Shown: positions 59,559-64,000 of the stretch, one piece after another
How positions within the stretch are numbered: the stretch's first letter is position 1
How the letters are laid out: the number at the start of each line of letters is the position of its first letter
From: Acidimicrobiia bacterium
Lineage (GTDB): Bacteria; Actinomycetota; Acidimicrobiia; Spongiisociales; UBA5794
Direction: 5' to 3'
DNA length: 64,000 nt
Assembly (NCBI GenBank): GCA_003235475.1
Contig: QJWC01000081.1
Location: forward strand, 9,343-73,342
Translations under genes and position numbers: made by a program
Notes under the pieces: generated by a model
What the model was told of the DNA's origin: nothing
Databases searched by the model: none
What the model saw: the letters and a program-made list of their open reading frames with translations, nothing else

Positions 59559-62271
59559 TCTCGCCCAGGGCGGCTTTGACGGCGTATGCGTCGATCGTGA
59601 CATCGCCGCGATTCCGATGGAACCGATCCCAGAGCGCAAGCATGCTCGGAAGCACGAGAACGGCTGCGCTCGTGGCGAGCAGGATGGTGTAAGCGATCAC
59701 GAATCCGAACTGCCTGAACGGGATTGTCGTCGAGATGATCAGGATCCCGAAGCCCGCGATCGTGGTGATCGCAGATCCCGCAAGCGCCCCGCCCGTGAAC
59801 GTGAGGGTTCGTTCCATCGCCTCGTCGCCGTCGGCACGCTCCGCCCTTTCTTCGAGGTATCGATGCGTGACATGGATCATGTACGGGATACCCACACCGA
59901 TTCCGATGGCCGAGATCGTGGCGGTGATCGGTCCGAATGGGATGCCGAACGCTGCCATGAGGCCAAACACCCAGAGAACGACCATGACGACAGGCAGCGT
60001 CGTGATGACGCCGAGCATCGGTCGACGCGACTCGAACCAGAAGTTGATCACGAGGAGCAGCAGGGCCGCTCCGAGCGTCAGGAGCAGGGACGAGACCTGC
60101 GAGTTGCGCAGCGTCCGAACGACGAGGTCGCCGATGATGAAGTTGGATGTGGCGATCGCTTCGAGTCCGGCGTCACGCGAAGGTTGGAAGGCCGCGTTGA
60201 GCCCCGTCGCGACGCGCTCGGCACCTGCCTCCCCTGCGGTCGTGTCGAATCCGAACAGCGCTGCGGAGTACGCGCCGTTCTCCTGTACGAGCACGCCTGC
60301 GAGGCGCTCCGGATGGTTCGCGACGGCAACGTCGTACATGGGCGAGACGTCGGCTCCGTCCGGAACCATCCGCTGCTGGTCGAAACCGACAGTGAGGGCC
60401 GTGTTGAACAGCTCCGGGTCGAACTGATCATTGTCCGGTGCAGGGTTCAACAGTTGGAACATCACTCCCATGAAGGTGTTGCCTGTCGGGAAGGTGAGGC
60501 CGTTCGGCGTCGTGATGGACTGAACCGTCTCGACGTCAGCAGCATCGAGGTAGGAGGCCAGCATGGCGTTCCACGCGGACCCCGCAGCAATGTCACCCTG
60601 AACCAGAACGCTCGTGGTTTCCGGGAAGTCGAATCGCTGGTCGAGCGTGACCGCAGTATCGCGGAGCGGTGAGGTGGTGGGAACGAAGTCGAGGAACGAG
60701 AACTTCGTCGAGAGCTTCGTCATGCCGAACGCCCCAACTCCGGTGAGTACGAGCGCCACGATCACCGTGGCAACCGCGAACTGGCGCGGAAGCACCGCGG
60801 TCCGACCGATGATCCTGGGCAGTATGCGCCCCTCGCCGCCCTCGAGGCCTTCTGTATCGAGCCTCCCCCGCCGCTCGGCGCGCCGATCGAGGAGCTGCCT
60901 CACCGCAGGGACGAACGTGAGCATCAGCAGGAACGAGAACGAAATGCCGACCGCAGCCAACTCTCCGAACTCGGCGAGCGCGGGAATCGCACTGGTGACG
61001 TTGGTGAGGAACCCGACCGCCGTCGTGAGCGTCGCGAGGACGAGCGCGATGCCGACGGTGCGGATGGCGACGCTGACCGAACGGTCGACTGATGAACCAG
61101 CCGAAAGTTCCTGGCGGTAGCGGGTCGACATGTGGATCGAGTAATCGACGCCGAGGCCGATGAGGAGGATCGGCAGGATCTGCGCCATCTGCGACTGGTC
61201 CTCGAAGCGCAGGTAGCCGTAGCCGCTCATCCACTGGATTGCCAACAAGATCGTGATGAACGTCAGGACGGTGTCTGAAGTCGTTCGACGCAGCTTCTTC
61301 GAGGTGAAGGTCCACATCAAGAAGGCGACGAGGTACAGGATCGCCGCGATCGAGAGCACTGACCCGAGGGTCGCGTCGGCCCAACTGCTCGGGAGGAGGT
61401 CCGGCAGCACGAGCGCCAACGCGGGCGCCACCACAATGGCGACGGCGGAGGCCATCATCGCGACACCACCGACGAAGAGGAGACGATCCTTCCTGTAGGA
61501 CGGCTTCACGAGGAAGACGGTCGCGAGGACCAAGAGAATGATCAGGCCGGCAGATGCGAACAGGCGGAGGATCTCTTCTTGGAAGTCATCACCGGAGGCG
61601 AAGATCAACTCCTGGCTGAACGGCTCGAGCGTGATGGTTCCGGGGACCTCCGCGAGGGCCACCGACTCCGCGACCGCCTTGGCCCGGTTTGCGAGCTCGT
61701 CGAAGTCGTCGCTCCCCTCGTAGGAGATCGCCGTGAGACCGAGCTCGGACGTTGCGGAGTTCGGGTCTCCATCGTCGGACAGCAGTCCGGTCACGAATGG
61801 GCGCGACTCCGGCGGAATCTGCTCGAGACCGGCCGTGTACAGCGCCTTCACTTCCGCGTCCGACGTCGGCATCGGCGCCCCACCCTGGATGGCGAACTGC
61901 ACAGGTGCGAGATACGACAGGATCGCGAACGACTGCGGGGTGTCCTTCACCAGGAACTCGCCGGCCGGGCCCGAACGGACCGACTGGTCGAGCGCATTGG
62001 CAGCCAGCAACCCGTCAAGCGTGATCACATCGCCCGTGGACGACGAAGTCATCACCTGCATCCTCGAAGCGGTACCACCGAACAGATCACCGATCCGCTC
62101 AGCCGCGGTCAACTCGGCGGCATCCGGTGCGAACGACTCGTTCTGGTCCTCTGATGGCACGAATTTGGAGCCAAGGTTTCCGAGCACCAACGACACCGCG
62201 ATGGTTACGGCGACGACGACCCACGGGAGCTTTCGCACGGCCGTGGCGAGTGAGTTCACAAGGGTTTTCAC
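59551..62271 (-). CDS. MMPL/RND family transporter
   Basis: Two repeats of TM, extracytoplasmic domain, TM bundle; GLGVDYSIH, LATLTTAVGF, SAITTIAGF; GTG after GGAGG. Confidence 0.9.
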   Translation of the reverse strand: MKTLVNSLATAVRKLPWVVVAVTIAVSLVLGNLGSKFVPSEDQNESFAPDAAELTAAERIGDLFGGTASRMQVMTSSSTGDVITLDGLLAANALDQSVRSGPAGEFLVKDTPQSFAILSYLAPVQFAIQGGAPMPTSDAEVKALYTAGLEQIPPESRPFVTGLLSDDGDPNSATSELGLTAISYEGSDDFDELANRAKAVAESVALAEVPGTITLEPFSQELIFASGDDFQEEILRLFASAGLIILLVLATVFLVKPSYRKDRLLFVGGVAMMASAVAIVVAPALALVLPDLLPSSWADATLGSVLSIAAILYLVAFLMWTFTSKKLRRTTSDTVLTFITILLAIQWMSGYGYLRFEDQSQMAQILPILLIGLGVDYSIHMSTRYRQELSAGSSVDRSVSVAIRTVGIALVLATLTTAVGFLTNVTSAIPALAEFGELAAVGISFSFLLMLTFVPAVRQLLDRRAERRGRLDTEGLEGGEGRILPRIIGRTAVLPRQFAVATVIVALVLTGVGAFGMTKLSTKFSFLDFVPTTSPLRDTAVTLDQRFDFPETTSVLVQGDIAAGSAWNAMLASYLDAADVETVQSITTPNGLTFPTGNTFMGVMFQLLNPAPDNDQFDPELFNTALTVGFDQQRMVPDGADVSPMYDVAVANHPERLAGVLVQENGAYSAALFGFDTTAGEAGAERVATGLNAAFQPSRDAGLEAIATSNFIIGDLVVRTLRNSQVSSLLLTLGAALLLLVINFWFESRRPMLGVITTLPVVMVVLWVFGLMAAFGIPFGPITATISAIGIGVGIPYMIHVTHRYLEERAERADGDEAMERTLTFTGGALAGSAITTIAGFGILIISTTIPFRQFGFVIAYTILLATSAAVLVLPSMLALWDRFHRNRGDVTIDAYAVKAALGESD

Positions 62272-62390
62272 GATTCCTCCGGTTGATGGCTACCCGCGCA
62301 CGGCGTCCGGCAGCGAAGCATCGACGCCCGCCCCGCGAGTTCGGGCAAGCCTAAAGCGTGCACGTTCCGTGACTGTCGCTTTCGAGGGTC

Positions 62391-64000
62391 TCAGCGCGGC
62401 GGTGCAACCAGCTCGACGAGGTCCGCAATGACCTTCTCGATGGGAACGCCGCGAGCTTCCTTGTCCTCGCCACGCATGCGGACCCCAGCGGTCTTGTTCT
62501 CGACGTCGTTGTCGCCGACGACGAGGATCGCCGGGGTCTTCTGCGTGATCGCGTTGCGGAGCTTCTCACCGACGGTCTCGTCCGCCGTGTCGACCTCGAC
62601 CCTCACGCCAGCTTCGACAAGACGATCACCGATCGCCGTTGCATACTCGTTGTGGCGGTCCGCGACCGGAACGACCGTCGCCTGAACCGGCGACAGCCAT
62701 GCGGGGAATGCGCCAGCGTGATGCTCGACGAGGATCCCGATGAAGCGCTCGACCGATCCGAGCAACGCACGGTGCACCATCACGGGCCGCTTGCGCGTGT
62801 TCTCGTTGGTCGCGTACTCAAGCTCGAAGTTCTCCGGTTGGCCGAAGTCGACCTGGATCGTCGAAAGCTGCCAGCGACGGCCAAGGGCATCCTTGATGTG
62901 GATGTCGATCTTCGGCCCGTAGAACGCTCCCTCGCCGGGGGCGAGCTGGTACGAGAGATCTGCCGTCTCGAGCGCGGACGCGAGGTACGCCTCTGCTCGT
63001 TCCCACATGTCAGGATCGCCGACGTACTTCTCGGGTCGCGTCGAAAGATCAGCTTCGAACTCGTCGAATCCGAAGTCCCTGAGAACCATCAGGACGAAGT
63101 CGAGGAGACGTTGGAGTTCGTCGGCAAGGTCCTCCTCGGTGGTGAAGATGTGGCTGTCATCCTGCGTGAAGCCGCGCACGCGCATCAATCCGTGAAGCAC
63201 GCCTGACCGCTCGTACCGGTACACGGTGCCGAGCTCGAAGAGGCGCAACGGCAGTTCCCGATACGACCGGCTCCGCGCCTTGTAGATCAGGATGTGGAAC
63301 GGGCAGTTCATCGGTTTGACGAAGTAGTCCTGGCCCTTCCCGTGCGATCCCCGGTCGAGTTCCATGGCGGGGTACATGGCGTCCCTGTAGAAGTTGACGT
63401 GCCCGGACGTCTCCCAAAGATCTGCCTTTGCTAGATGAGGCGACATCACGTGCTCATAGCCGTGGGCTGCGTGGGTGCGGCGCGAGTAGTCCTCGACGGC
63501 GCGCCGGAGCGTCCCTCCCTTCGGATGCCACACCGCCAGTCCGGCGCCGAGTTCGGATGGGAACGAGTAGAGGTCGAGGTCCACCCCGAGGCGACGGTGG
63601 TCGCGCTTCGAGGCTTCCTCCAACATGTTGAGGTAGTCGTCGAGAGCCTTCTTCGACTCCCAGGCGGTCCCGTAGATCCGCTGAAGCTGGGGGTTGTCCT
63701 CGTTGCCACGCCAGTATGCCCCGGCCGCACGCATGAGCTGGAAGGCCTTCAGCCTTCCTGTCGACGGTAGGTGGGGGCCTCGGCAGAGGTCGAGGAACCC
63801 GTCGTTGCGATAGGTGCTGACGGTGTCTCCCGCCACGCCCTCATCGGCATCGACGCCTTTGATGATCTCGACCTTGAAGGGATGGTCTGCAAACGTCTCG
63901 AGCGCTTCGGCGATCGAGAGCTCACTGCGCTCGAACGGCTGATCTGCTGCGACGATCTCGGCCATCCGGTCCTCGATGGCGTTGAGGTCGTCTGGCGCGA
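62391..64000 (-). CDS. thrS: Threonine--tRNA ligase, 5' partial
   Basis: DLCRGPH, AYWRG, RDHRRLG, KPMNCP, RVRGFTQDD, AFYGPK, HRA..GS.ERF. Confidence 0.98.
   Translation of the reverse strand, partial: APDDLNAIEDRMAEIVAADQPFERSELSIAEALETFADHPFKVEIIKGVDADEGVAGDTVSTYRNDGFLDLCRGPHLPSTGRLKAFQLMRAAGAYWRGNEDNPQLQRIYGTAWESKKALDDYLNMLEEASKRDHRRLGVDLDLYSFPSELGAGLAVWHPKGGTLRRAVEDYSRRTHAAHGYEHVMSPHLAKADLWETSGHVNFYRDAMYPAMELDRGSHGKGQDYFVKPMNCPFHILIYKARSRSYRELPLRLFELGTVYRYERSGVLHGLMRVRGFTQDDSHIFTTEEDLADELQRLLDFVLMVLRDFGFDEFEADLSTRPEKYVGDPDMWERAEAYLASALETADLSYQLAPGEGAFYGPKIDIHIKDALGRRWQLSTIQVDFGQPENFELEYATNENTRKRPVMVHRALLGSVERFIGILVEHHAGAFPAWLSPVQATVVPVADRHNEYATAIGDRLVEAGVRVEVDTADETVGEKLRNAITQKTPAILVVGDNDVENKTAGVRMRGEDKEARGVPIEKVIADLVELVAPPR

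Noticed and set aside
62338..62358. TTAGGCTTGCCCGAA upstream of the MMPL gene as a DtxR/IdeR box
   Set aside because: Only part of the 19-bp consensus matches; TAGGCT is more simply a -10 hexamer

Overview
GC-rich actinobacterial chromosome segment. The gene order (thrS-pgsA-patA-pimA-pdxST-yebC-ruvCAB-yajC-secDF-relA-hisS-aspS-rarA-alaS-ruvX-mltG-aro-efp-nusB-pyr-mihF-gmk-rpoZ-coaBC-priA-def-fmt-rpe-rib-infC-rpmI-rplT-pheST-tyrS) and mIHF point to Actinomycetota, possibly Acidimicrobiia (inference). About 64 CDS, almost all housekeeping and on the minus strand. I see no rRNA, tRNA, CRISPR array or mobile element. Regulatory elements read from the sequence: an FMN riboswitch, an L20-leader-like RNA, a LexA box over the ruvC start, and many TANNNT hexamers 6-9 nt before start codons. 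Best candidates for something undescribed: (1) a leaderless 19-aa Phe-codon leader peptide with full attenuator geometry upstream of pheST; (2) a TyrRS whose HIGH and KMSKS motifs read TLGW and KMSQS; (3) a 12-TM protein with heme-copper-oxidase-like His spacing, divergent from a cytochrome c lipoprotein; (4) absence of carAB, pyrB and the arg operon from their usual loci. All product calls come from recognising motifs by eye; no searches were run.
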